From contig NC_087245.1 of assembly GCF_037042905.1 (NCBI RefSeq), forward strand, positions 29,202,001 to 29,266,000: 64,000 nucleotides of DNA, written 5' to 3'. Below the pieces are notes generated by a model. That model had not been told where the DNA came from. It did not search any database and saw nothing but the letters and a program-made list of their open reading frames with translations. Each line of letters opens with the position of its first letter. Position 1 is the first letter of the stretch. A program made the translations under genes and the position numbers. Positions 1-13,000 of the stretch are shown piece by piece. Source of the DNA: Lytechinus pictus. Lineage: Eukaryota.

Positions 1-719
1 AAATAACGCCTCCATTCTCTCTTGAAGTTGGTCAACAGCATAAACTTGCTAAAAGCTTTTAAATTGAACACTAAATCAACTCAAGCCGGAATTCATTCTC
101 TTTAAAGTTTGATTTACTCTTATGTCAGTATTTATCTTTCCTCTGTCCGAAGTAAGTTGATACATTTACATGAATGGAGCTAAAGAGAGCATACTTAACA
201 GTTGTAAAAGTGTTTTATTTAAGTATACGACCACAGGCAGAAACAAGGGATACTAAAATGGCCGTTGGTGGAACATTGAGTATACCTACATGTTCGTTTT
301 ATGAATTTAAATTTCCTGTGGTTAAAGCGTTTTATTTGGTATGTATATGAATCTAGTCAAAGAATATTTATTCATTTTTATTTTTTGAAATGTAACATTG
401 ATGCAAGCAGAAGGAAAATCGGAATGAAAGGAATAAGAGAATACTCGAAAGAAAAAGAAAGGACCATATCGGCTCTTTGATTCTGGTTAAGGTACTGAAG
501 CCTAAACCTAAATAAAAACCAACAACAACAAAATATGTACATTTCTTCAATGATATTATTGTTATTATTGATTTACATTGATGGATTTCTGTACAGAATA
601 TTCATACTCCGTTTCCAGTTAATGTTTGTTCTTGTGATATTTAAATGCTTGTGACATGGTACAGTTACAATGTATGATTTCATTATTTTCATACCTTCAA
701 TTTTATTCTATTTGCACAG

Positions 720-3700
720 GACACAAAAAGTGCCGAAAGACAGACTATTCTTCCACCAATTGATGCGTAAGTATATATCACTAATTATTTTATAAATATG
801 CGATATGATATTATTTGTTTTAAATGGAAATTACAATGAAAAAAATGGCAGTCATGATAGGGATATCTTGATTTTAGATATTTATTATTTCTTCTCGTGA
901 TAACGATTCCACGAACACGAAAGTAGAATCTTCCACCAAGGAATATGTTTATAACTTGAATTAGATTATAATTTAATTATATTTTTATAATTTCAAAGTT
1001 TAATTAAATATATAGATTATTTTATAATCGTTATGAAAGTTATGCCTCGATTTATCTGGAATTCTAGGCTTTTGTCTATTAAAGCGTAAAATATCTGCTT
1101 TTGTCGCTTTACGCTCTAATGATCGATCCAAATGCGCTACCGCAGCACTTTAAAATTTTCATTTAAGAGAAAAATAAGTTGAAGGAAATAAAATTCTTAT
1201 TCTCTGACTTTTTAGAAACTTATCTGTAAAACGTAATTTCAATATAAATGCACAGTTTGAAGAAGAACATGTGGGCTTTGTGTTACAAAGATTGTCGATA
1301 GACTATGCGATATATTTTGAAATCTCAACATAGCGGGGTTTTTTTTGAGAGAGAGAAATGTTTCGAGAAATGTAATGTTCCGTATAGAGCCAGTTCCTGA
1401 CTTCCAGAGTATTTCATTTCAGACATGGCGGGAGAATGCCTCCTATCTTAATTTAAAACAAGCTAAGGTGATTGTGTTAGAGGCTGGTTCATACTTAACA
1501 ATCCTGAAATACATGTATATACAATTAGCAGGGGGTGAACACTGCAGTATCCCTTTCTTGTAAATGTTTGATATTTGATGACGTGTTTTGTAACGTTTTA
1601 AAAACATCGCATATAATGTACATGTGCAGGGAATGAACATGATACTGTCAATGTAAACATACATTTTGTTATTTCCATTTGAATACTCTCATGTTTGACA
1701 TTTGATAATGTGTTTATAAACATCTCTGGAAAAATAAGACGTATAGACATAAGTTATGAAAGCCGCCCGAAGAAAACTACACGGAACATTCATGGATGAT
1801 TGAAGAGTTGCTGAAAATAAATTTTCGTTTGTCACGGGAGCTGGTCATTCATTTTGTTCAATTGCCTTTGACAAAACAGGTGCATAGTTTTGCTGAAACA
1901 TCGTATTTCACTGCCGCTTTGTGGAATTACCAATTTAATTTAATTTTCAATTATTCAAAGATATGGAAGAAATCGATTTACCAGGCGGCGATGCCTGACT
2001 GTCGGCAGGTGGTAGAGTTTTTAGTCCTGCATAAGAAAACAAGATTCGATATACATGTTTGTTTTCATCAGTGAATGACGAACACCAAGAGGCGTTAGAG
2101 GGTTCATTAATTAATTTCCATGACAACAAGATTCTGGGGAGAACTGAGAGTTTATGTTCTAGAAGAACAGGATTGTTATAGCTTTGAAATTTTGGAAACG
2201 AACATACTGACGAGGCAATGCGAGTCCTGCTCGTGACGTTACTTATTGTATACATTTCATGTTAAAAAAAACACTGGATGAAAACGATTGCTTGGAGGAA
2301 TGATATGATTAATTTGAATTCATGGATTAGAACGATTTCTATCTTGCGAATAAGCGAATTATAACATCTTCCCCGTTAGCATAAGTACTTTTCAATCTTG
2401 GAGAAATTTAAATTTGGAATGTGATCTTCTTTCGGCATTTCACCGCTGTGATGAGATTTGTTGATGGCAATTTGATCAAGAATGGAATATTTGGCTATTA
2501 CAACAAAGAAAGGGAGTTACAGGACAGGAGACAGGAAAATGACAGAGAATTCACCAGAAGATATTAATAAACCAAGGAATGTCATTCGGCTTGAGCGGTA
2601 TTGCTGCCGCGCATTTGCTGCCTTCATAAAGAGAAGGGAATATTGGCAAAATCGCAAGGAACTTAAGCGTTGGGAAAGGTATATTCATACTTTTAGCAAT
2701 TTTGGACGAAAACGACTAAGAATATGACCCCCATTTACTCCTCCTAATCAAGGAGTTTAAACCCCTTACTCAATCGAGCTGCACATTTCCTACGTAGTAA
2801 TTATGTGTAAAATGCCTACGTTTTCTCAATCTCATTAAAGACGGTTTTTATATTTTTACGTTGTAATGTGTGCTGTGCAAATTTGTTCCGAACCCTTTTT
2901 AAGTGAGTGGCATTTATAATCCTTATACACTTCTCACAGCCCTTCTGTCAATTTATATGACAAAACGACAAATATGATTTTTGTCCGCCCATCCAAGCCT
3001 TTTGTTTTGTGGCAAACTATGATAGGATGGGTAAAACGCCTTAGCAGCTAAAGGGGATGACGATAAAAATATATATATCTAAAACGCATAAAACTTGACA
3101 AAGGTGTGGTTGATGAGGACACCCCTCCCCCTTAGATCCGCCACTAATGTATTGATAGTAAACTTTCAATTAACTAACAGAAACTGTCTCCGTTTCATGT
3201 CGTAGACTATACAACAGCCTCTTCGCCAACCTATCTGCCAGCTACCCTTCACATCTCTTGCGGAAACGATGGGAGTCGTCTGTGGCGGCGTCGTCGATGG
3301 GTGCGACATCGGTCTCATCAGACCTGAACAGCACCAGCTACCTCCCTTTTATCGGTACCGCTCGACTTCATCCCAAGGAGCTCACCCCTACAGTTCGGCG
3401 GGATGACAGTTCACAGCCTCCTAGTTTCTGCTACGGTTGCACGGCCGAGCTTGGAAATCAACCAGATATCAAAGTAAGAACTAAATTAATTTCTCTTCGT
3501 TTTATTTGCTCCATGACGAGGCATTTGTGTTATAAACAGGAAAAGGAGAGAAGTGCAATTTTTTTTAGTAGGAAGTATGGATGTATTGCAATACTCATAT
3601 AAAGTTGACACTTTTTACTTATTTTGTGGAAATTAGGATAAAATTTTACCCGAACAATTAAAACGGTGTATAAAATGAGAACTTCTAACTAAACTTGGCA

Positions 3701-4009
3701 GATAGAATAGTGACCTAGGGTCTGTTTACGGATTTCAATGTAACAGAAGTTGTGCATGTTCAATTGTCGGCAATCTCGACTTGATTCCTTCGTAATACTA
3801 CACAATTCCTTTTATTTCATATCCAAAGAATTTAAGAATTCATTCGAGTCGAGTTGATATCATTTTTTTCTCCATAATCACAACATAAATTTGTGTAAAG
3901 TATGTGCACCTTCAAAGAGGCTAGTATAACGACTCAACTCAACAGTATTTCATCATTGTTTACAAGCATATACGTTAGAAATGATACGTTGAAAAGCCTT
4001 AGATATATT

Positions 4010-4053
<44 letters not shown>

Positions 4054-7000
4054 ACTCAATGCCGTCTATCATTCTTCTTCCAATCCCCAGGCACCTCTGT
4101 TCTTTCTTGACAACCCAGGTGATAGCACGGATGATGACCGATTAGGCATCGAGCATGCGCAGTTGGTTCCACAAAATGGCCCCGCCCACCAACACGTTGC
4201 TACCACCCGAGTCTGCTACGGCTGCTCTCTCAGCAAACTACCACAGTAAGTTATGTTAAGTACATTATTTTATATTGATTTAGTTTCGAGCAAATTTCAA
4301 CCTGTAGTATTATACACGTATTATGTTTAAAGGGATCATTTTCGAAGTAAAGTTCTTATAAATATATTTGTAGTATCTTACGTTCTAAAGTTTTGACTGG
4401 ACTAGATTAATAATTATTCTAGGAATAAGTCATTTGCATATTCATATAATAGTCAGAAACGACATTGTTCATGATAAAATGCGACTAGACAATGATGGTC
4501 TCTCTAGTTGATCCTTTCATCTTGTCATCATTTTTTGCTCAATCTCTTATATTCTTGTATACAGTTTATATATATTTAGTTAGGATGTTTTAAAGTTCCA
4601 TCTACTTAATGAGGTGGCGAGACACTCTATCTTAAGTCGACTTATTAACTTTATAAGTTAAATGTATGGCGACATTTTTTCTCTCACTTTGTCGACTTCT
4701 AAAAAGTGACATGATACTATATTGACAATGTATCTTTCGAATGCTCAGACGACTTTCAATAAAGTTACCTGTCGTCATTGTGACATTTCTTGCTTATTCG
4801 ACTTTGTAAGGTAACTTAATATGTCGCCACTAACTTAGGGTTGATAAGTAGACACAAATCTAACTAGTTCACTTCATAATTTGTCTTGTTTTATCCATAT
4901 ATGTTTGATTTTCTGTATTTGTATTTTAGTGTTTTCTTGTTTACTTTCCTTCCATACTTAAACTGTTTTTTGTTTTTTTCTGGTATCTTTGTCTGGTCGA
5001 TTTTACTTTTCAGCTTGATTTAATTAACTTTGTGTATTCTTATCATCATTCTGTTTTAGGTCCAGTTCAAATCTACTCGACTTTTCTCATTCTTTATATT
5101 TGATTTGTTTTGAATTTCCATTTTCTTTGTTTTACACCTTTTTTATTTTTTTATTCTAGGTCTCTTTCAGCTTGATTCAATTAACTTTGTGTATTCTTAT
5201 TATCATTCTGTTTTAGGTCTAGTTCAAATCTACTCGACTTTTCTCCTTCTTTATATTTTGATTTGTTATGAATATCCATTTTCTTTGTTTTACACTTTTT
5301 TTTATTCTAGGTCTCTTTTCTACCATGACTAACCATCTATCTTTATTTCACCAGCTCAGGAAGATCAAGCTGAAGGCCCTCAAGACCTCTTTTCACCAGG
5401 ACAATTACAGATTTTATTCCCTTAATCGCATTATACCCACAGGCCTCCAACTTCATTGCACTCCCGGTCTCGGTACGCTCACACCTGAACTTCGCAAACG
5501 ATGGAACCAGACCTTACATGGAGCTTCAGTTCGATTAATTAACATCCTCTCTGAACAGTGTATTGCTTCTCTTGATTCTTTTTCAGCTGACATCAGTAGC
5601 CTGGAAGACGAACTACGTTCTTGCTGTACCCAAACCCAATGGCTTCAGTATAATGATGAAATTGAATCTGATCTCTCTAAACACAGGTCTCTCCTCACTG
5701 AACGCAGGAACAAGAAAATAGGCAACCTCACAAAGAAGCGACAACGGTCAAACAGATTTAGACGACATACCAACAACAATGATGTATCCCCCCATTTGGT
5801 TGTTAATCTCTCATCCTCCCCTCTCTCCCAAGCAGAAACCTCTCTTCTCTCTAAAGGTCTCAAGTTTTGCCCCACGCCACCAGAAGTTGAACAGATAGCT
5901 CTCAGCCAAGACCTCTCTACATTCTATCGCAGGATACGTCTCAAAGAGTTCTTTTTAGATGCACCCCCTTCTGATCCCGAGCCCTTCTACAAGAAAAGCA
6001 CATGGATTCCACCTAAGAATAGAGTTCCTTCCCTTGAAACTTACATCCAAGCTGTCTCATCCCAAGTTCGCTCCACAGATACCCTCGACACCAGAGCACA
6101 TGACAACCTTCCTCGAGAAGAACGCCAGGCTCTCTCATCACTCAAAAACAGGTCCGACATCATCATCAAGCCTGCAGACAAAGGATCAGCCGTCGTTGTT
6201 ATGGACCGCCAGCAGTACATCGATGAAGCCATGAAACATCTCAATAATCGATCTCACTATGCACTCCTCGATTCTGACCCTACTTGTAATTTCTCCCTAC
6301 AGATCCAATCGACACTGAATGACATGAAAGAACGCGAGTATCTCTCTGAGAAGGCCCACAAATTTCTCTCCCCTACTAATGCTAAACCTGCCCGCTTCTA
6401 TCTCCTCCCGAAGATCCACAAACCTGGCAACCCCGGTCGACCCATCCTCTCAGGAAATGGTTCCTCAACAGAGAACATCTCCCTTTTTGTTGATTACCAC
6501 ATTAAGCCCCTTGTCTCACGTGCACCCTCTTACATCCACGACACTCCAGACTTTCTCAGGAAACTAAATGACATCAAGGACCAGATACCCGAGACTGCGA
6601 TCATCGGCACTTTCGATGTTTCTTCACTGTACACCAGCATTCCCCACGACGAAGGTATCCAAGCATCATGTGAAGCCTTGGCCGCCAGTGGCCATTCCAG
6701 TCCCCCCATATCCGATATCAAATCTCTGATGTCTCATGTACTAACAAAAAACAACTTCACATTCATGGGCAAGCACTACCTACAGATATTCGGTACAGCA
6801 ATGGGCACCCGGATGGCTCCTTCATTCGCCTGTCTCTTCATGACGAAGCTGGAACAGCAGATGTTAGATTCAGCCCCCTGTCGCCCATGGATTTGGTGGC
6901 GTTACATAGACGACATTTTCTTCATCTGGACCAGGGATGAAGACAGCCTCCATACATTCATTGACCACATCAATTCCTTCCACAGGACCATCCAATTCAC

Positions 7001-10000
7001 TTCTGATTTCTCCCAACAGGAAACCCACTTCCTTGATGTTACAGTCCAGAAAAAGTCTAATGGTATCACCACTACCCTATACTCTAAACCCACAGATACC
7101 CACCAGTACCTCCACTCATCCAGCTGCCACCCCCGTCACTGCAAAACCGGCATCGCTTACAGTCAAGCTCTCAGACTTCGCCGTATCTGCTCCGAGGACC
7201 CTGATTTTTCCTTCCATGCCAGGAATCTGCAGAAACATCTCTGTGCTAGGGGCCACGGGGCCAGGGCAGTCCAACTGGCAATTAACAAAGTTCGTTCTCT
7301 CCCCAGATCTGAAGTTCTCAAACCAAAAAGTGACAAGGAGACCACCGACAGAATACCGCTTGTGACCACCTTCCATCCCAATCTACCCCCTCTCCGCAAA
7401 ATCCTGTTTGATAACCACCACATTTTACACACTTCTGATCGTCTCCAACAGGCCGTTCCCGATACTCCCCTTCTAGCATACCGACGCCCACCGAATCTCA
7501 GGGACCTCATTGTTCGTGCTGAAGTGCCCTCCCTCACTAACCATTCTTCTCCCATACAGCATGGCACCTTCAAATGCACCAGCAACAGGTGCATCATATG
7601 TGAAATACACCTTCACGAGGGCGATACTTTCACCAGCAACTCTACCAGCCTGTCTCACCAAATCAAGGGCAACATCACATGCACTACCACTAATGTTGTA
7701 TATCTCATCACTTGCAGAGTTTGTAGGGTACAATACATAGGGGAAACCAAGACCACACTCAAGAAACGATTCTACGGGCACAGATCCACCGTCAACACAG
7801 CAAAGCTGGACACTCCAGTTGGCCGCCATTTTAACCTCCCCAACCACTCCATCACTGACATGATGCTACAGGGCATCGAATCTTTAGGTACCCGTCCTGA
7901 CTCAGTCCGTACTAGCAGGGAGAAGCTCTGGATGAGACGACTTCGCACCACCCAACCTCATGGCCTGAACATCCAAGAGGGGAACGACTGATTTTTCTTT
8001 CCTATCCACTTTCAATTTATATATACATATAATTTTTCCCCTCAGCTCTTTTGAATAGTTACATTATAGTTTCTTACTCTACTTTCCTCCCATATCTCAT
8101 ACAAGCTCAGCTCCAATTTTTCCTTCCTTATTCAGGCGATATAATAATTATTATATATATATATATATATTTGTTTTTTCTCCACTCACCTCTTTTAGAT
8201 TTACCACATTTGCTTATTTACATGTATACTATGGTTTCTTCATAATACACCCCCTCTCTTCTATATTTGCTTTTACCTTTTTAGGCAATTTGCTTCCTCT
8301 TTTTCACATATACAGATTTTTTTCTTTCCTACTATATAGTCTTATGTTTTTTCCCGTCACACCTAGCGGATTACCATATCAGTTACACCATATGTGTATA
8401 TATTTATATATTTTTTCATATACATTTCTTTTTTGGATATATTTATATACATATCACTTATAGATACATATTTACACTTACCTTCTTCTCTTAGTTTGTT
8501 TAATGCTTTATCATATATACTTATATGTCTTTTGCACATTATCAGTTGTTCCCCATTCTTTTTCTTCCTTTTTTTCCCCCCACTCCTATGCACCAGTTTA
8601 TTAAGCCTTTCTTTGTAACCTGTTTGACCCACCTCTCACTAATTCTCTAGTTATTCATCCCTCTATCACTGTTTTGTTCCAGATCCTGTTTGATGTTGCC
8701 TGCCTCATTATCTTAATCCCTCTTGGCCTTACTTACACTAACTTCCCTTTGTGTCTGCCTACTCCTTTTCTTTCATCCCCTTCACTAACCTGATTGGTCT
8801 TCTCTACTCACTAATGCCCCTTTTGTCTCCTTGTTTCTAGTGTTGCTGTAGCTTGTTTGTGGTCTATATTATGGTTGTTCCACTTTATATGTTTGTCATT
8901 TTGCCTCCGACGAAGATTCTGCTAGGATCGAAAGCTTAGGCCCCCTTTTTTACTTTATAGTTCACTTCATGTGTGTGTTTTTTTAAATATATTTTCAGTG
9001 TGCATGTGACGAAGCCACGTCGAGTAGGTGGTGGATACACCATGGTACGCCAAGCTGTCGAGCCTTACAGCGGAGACAAACACAAAAATGGCGGTTCGCC
9101 CCCACCCTCAACATATATATCAGGTATTACGTCATACTCGCATAAATCAATACCTTTCATTTCCATACAATCATGGCTGAAGTATGAGTTCATTTTGTAT
9201 ACAATTACTCAACCTCTTGAATGTACATTCTTGGGTATGTCGTTTCACATATCATTCCATTCACTTAACACGTAAACCTACTTCAGAATGTATCATTTCT
9301 AGTATCTATACCATAGCTAGCTTTTTATTAGATTAAAACTACACATATCATTTCATGCCTATGTTTCTATCCATGTTATGTTGTACACATCGAGATTCTC
9401 TTCCATGAATAAACATAGTTATTCCAACTCTTCAATGTTCAAACGAATCACATTACGTTCTCCTCCAGGAAAAAAAATCATCGCTTCCTCTGTTACTCAG
9501 TTCTACATCTGACTTCTCTTTTCCCATTATATACATATTTTTCACTCAATATTGTTTCCAGAAAAGAATTCTCCCGTGCTCTCTTATTTCTCCGCGTCCA
9601 TTATCATCTCAACATCCCATCCATTCTATTTTCTCCTCTCACCTATGCCATAAATCATATCTAAACCCCATCTAAAGATGACATGTCTTCAGACGATGAG
9701 GACATCGAAAGCCACTTCGATGCCGTGATCGACGAAGAAGAAAGGGGGATTTTAGATTACATCAATGTCGCAAAGCTGGATGAGCCAACGCTCCCGCTCC
9801 CGTCAATCCCGCGGGAGAAACCACTCCCGATCCCACTTTGTATCATGGAAAAGATCAAAGCTAAAGATGTAAAGGCAGTCAGCTTGCATGAACGTAAGTA
9901 TTTCAACATGTTCAAGTGGCTGCAATGAACGGGGAAATTGTAGGCTCAAAGTGCCAAATCATTAAAGCACAGATGGGGCATTCAAAAAAAGATTGATCTT

Positions 10001-13000
10001 TTATAATAATGCAGTTATACCAAACACCGGGTTACAGATGGGGGGGGGGGGCTTTGGGGGCCATGGAGCCCCTAACGTTTACTGGACAAAGAAAAAAGGG
10101 GAAAAGAATAGGAAAGGAAAAGGGTGAAATGTGATATCATTTTCTGAATATTATGTCAAAGTCTATCACATACATAGATTTTTGTATTTAAGAAATCGTT
10201 AAAAAGATTATTAAAAAAAAATGAACTGAAAATATCATAAAATTTCCTCGCTTACTTCGCTCGCAGATTCCCTAATCCCCTAGTGCCATATCTGGCCAGC
10301 TCTTTTTTTTTGCTCATTACGCCGTTGGTGCCAAACACAGCCATCTCTTCGTTGACGGCTTTCACGTGTCATAATTTTTGATGTTATCAACCTGAGAAAC
10401 CAGTTATCAATTTTATAATTTGGCAGGATCTTATTTAGTTATTGCTAAGGTGTGAAGAATCATCAGCTTACGTTTGCGCTCAGCAATCCCAACACATTCT
10501 TTTTCTTCTGATATGTATTTTTTCCTCATTCATGCAATTTGTCAATCTTTCATTTTCTTCTTTCATTACATCAATTAATCAGGACATTGCTACGCTTGTC
10601 GCGAAGGTAAGCTTTTTCCCTGCTTCATATTTCTAAAACTATTATTATTACTATTGTTGTTATTATTATTATTATCATTATAATTATTTATTTGACCGAT
10701 AAAAAACCACAAATACATTGTCAAATCAACGATAGCTGAATAATAATGTAAAACTGATCATGATAATGTGGTTTATGGAAATCTAAACTTATCAGTGTAG
10801 TTAAATTTTTCTTCTGCCATTTTGATAAACCACTATTACGTAGTGCTTAATTCATCGCAATGATTCATTAAATTTGTGGAGATATATATATTATTTAATG
10901 ATGTTAACTGTACTCAGATTTATAAACATCATATAGACACAAGTCTAATTGTAATACACCTTTTGACGAAGATGCAAGTTAAAACTGAAATAAATAACTG
11001 AAAACATGAAAAAATAATTTCGTATAACTAGCAATAATCTTAAAATAACGTGTTGATTTTGTTTTCTCCTCCACTTTCTTTCCAACGTCCATCCTTTTTC
11101 CACGATCCATCATCATCATCATCATCATTATTCATGACGTCATCACAGCTCTCAAACACTATTGGCCGGAATACTTTACCTTGAGAGACGAATCAGATGG
11201 CTCAACATCCGGGGTCGGCACCTCTATCGGCTCAGAAGGTCCATCCACAATTCTTGTCATTTCACTTTTTTTCGCCCATAATTCTGATATCATCTCAGAT
11301 ATAAGATATGCCTTCATCTTCATCGAGTTCCTTTAAGTTCCAAATGTTTTCATATACATCTCACTCAGATATGTGAATTAACGTACTCTACTATTTTTTT
11401 TGTCAAATCCATCTTGTATGTACCTTTCATAATAAAGACCTGTTTCACAAACATTAAGTCAAATCTATTTCAATGGCACGAGTTATTCATTCCCCCTTTT
11501 TCTCATATCATGTTGTATTGTCTAGCAAAACAAGATGAATAACATTATTAAAAAACTGCAATAACTTTATAATCATATGGTTACATTGAGTAAACCATGA
11601 AACCCTATATGAAATATAATTTCATGCAAAGCATTACACCATTTGAATAAATATATAAAATTATAACTATTTTGATTTCAGTTCAGGCAATTGTACTATT
11701 TGAAATAAGTTGGATCCAAGTTGTCTCACAGAAATAATGACGATCTGTTTATCTTTTTTATGTCACAGCCTTGGAAGAAGAAGAGCGCCGCCAAGAGGAA
11801 AGAAAAAGACAGTTAGAGGAAGCACGACAATTGAGACGAGAAGAAGAGGCAAGGCGAAAAGAAGAGGAAGCAGAGAGAAGGAAAAATCTTTACAAACGTA
11901 AGTTACACATAAGTTTTTAATGAATTTCGTTATCAGCATGAAAGAAAATATATAATGTTAAACGAAAAAATGTCAACATTACAAAAGTTATTTAAAATGT
12001 AAATTGGTAAAATATAAAATAAAAGTATGTAGTGTAAAATGTAAAATGTAATATGTAAACTTTAAAGTTTAAAATGTTTTGCATATGCTTAATCATTTTG
12101 TTGACTTTGATGATAATGCTGTTTTTCTTCTGTCAGTCAGTTGAAATGAAATTCTGTTTACACAATTATATATCAAGAACACTATCACTCTTATATTTCA
12201 GCTCCTAAAGCATTCCAGCTGAAGAAGACCGACAAGAAAGAGATTGAATCCAAGGATCCCTTCTCGACAGATCGAAATCTGAACATTCCAAAGAGCGAAG
12301 GGTTCAAACTCACGAAAACCGAGAAGCAGACGACGAAGTTTATCGAGCATTCCCGACAGGAAACCGAATGGAAAGAGCCGAAGAAATTTGAACTTACGAA
12401 GACGGAACCGAAAACAACAAAAACGGGCTGGAAGCCTCCGGAAAGACTCGAAAGACTTAGACCTGCGACTCCGCCTACGCCGCCACCTCCACCGAAAGGA
12501 AAGAAACCCACAGTGCCCATCGAGCCGAAAAAGCGCGAACCTCCTCCAAAGAAACCCGATCCTCCAAAGCAGGTCGAAAAGCCAAAGCCGATTGAAAAGC
12601 CTAAACCTGTTGAAAAGCCAAAAGAACCTCCTCCACAGAAAAGGTATTTTTTATTTATTCAGAACCATTTCTAATCATCATCTTCATTCTAAGAGTTTCG
12701 TTTTTCCCTATAGGTTTTACGATTCAGCTGAGACTATGCGTAATGGCCATCGTTTTTTACCTTTCATGTTTCTTTTAATACAGAATATCATCTAATTTCT
12801 CCGATCTCTTGGTCTCAAAAGCCTTCTTCGTTCTTTCTAAAGTTCATTTTTATTCTACCACTTTTCCTAGTATTACGTTACTTTCTAAAGTAGTATTTTC
12901 CTCGCGAGTTAGAATTCATGTGTCAAAAGGCAGTAAATGCAACAATAACCATGCTTTAGCACAATTAGATTTATGTTGACGAGCCAAAAGCATCCCTTTA

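Larger units (their letters stand above)
4878..8957 (+). mobile_element. Penelope-like retroelement (Neptune/Naiad-type), apparently intact, intronic, sense to host gene
   Basis: Perfect 13-bp direct repeat TAGTTCACTTCAT at 4865-4877 and 8958-8970. It brackets a T-rich leader, a 907-codon RT+GIY-YIG ORF, a roughly 970-nt pyrimidine-rich 3' region and a hammerhead motif. Confidence 0.93.

Noticed and set aside
1740-2760. Possible additional exons or TE coding remnant
   Set aside because: No phase-compatible open exon or recognisable motif found; the same applies to 21400-22100.
4245-5311. In-frame host-RT fusion (domestication) by splicing
   Set aside because: Host donor is phase 2; the acceptor at 5310 needs phase 1, and the 5216 acceptor is phase 0 with an immediate TAG.
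7989-8900. Selenoprotein/SECIS recoding in the PLE, as reported for some Naiad elements
   Set aside because: No in-frame internal TGA; the catalytic-region cysteines are ordinary Cys codons; the terminal TGA follows the normal GLN end of the GIY-YIG domain; no SECIS-like hairpin seen.
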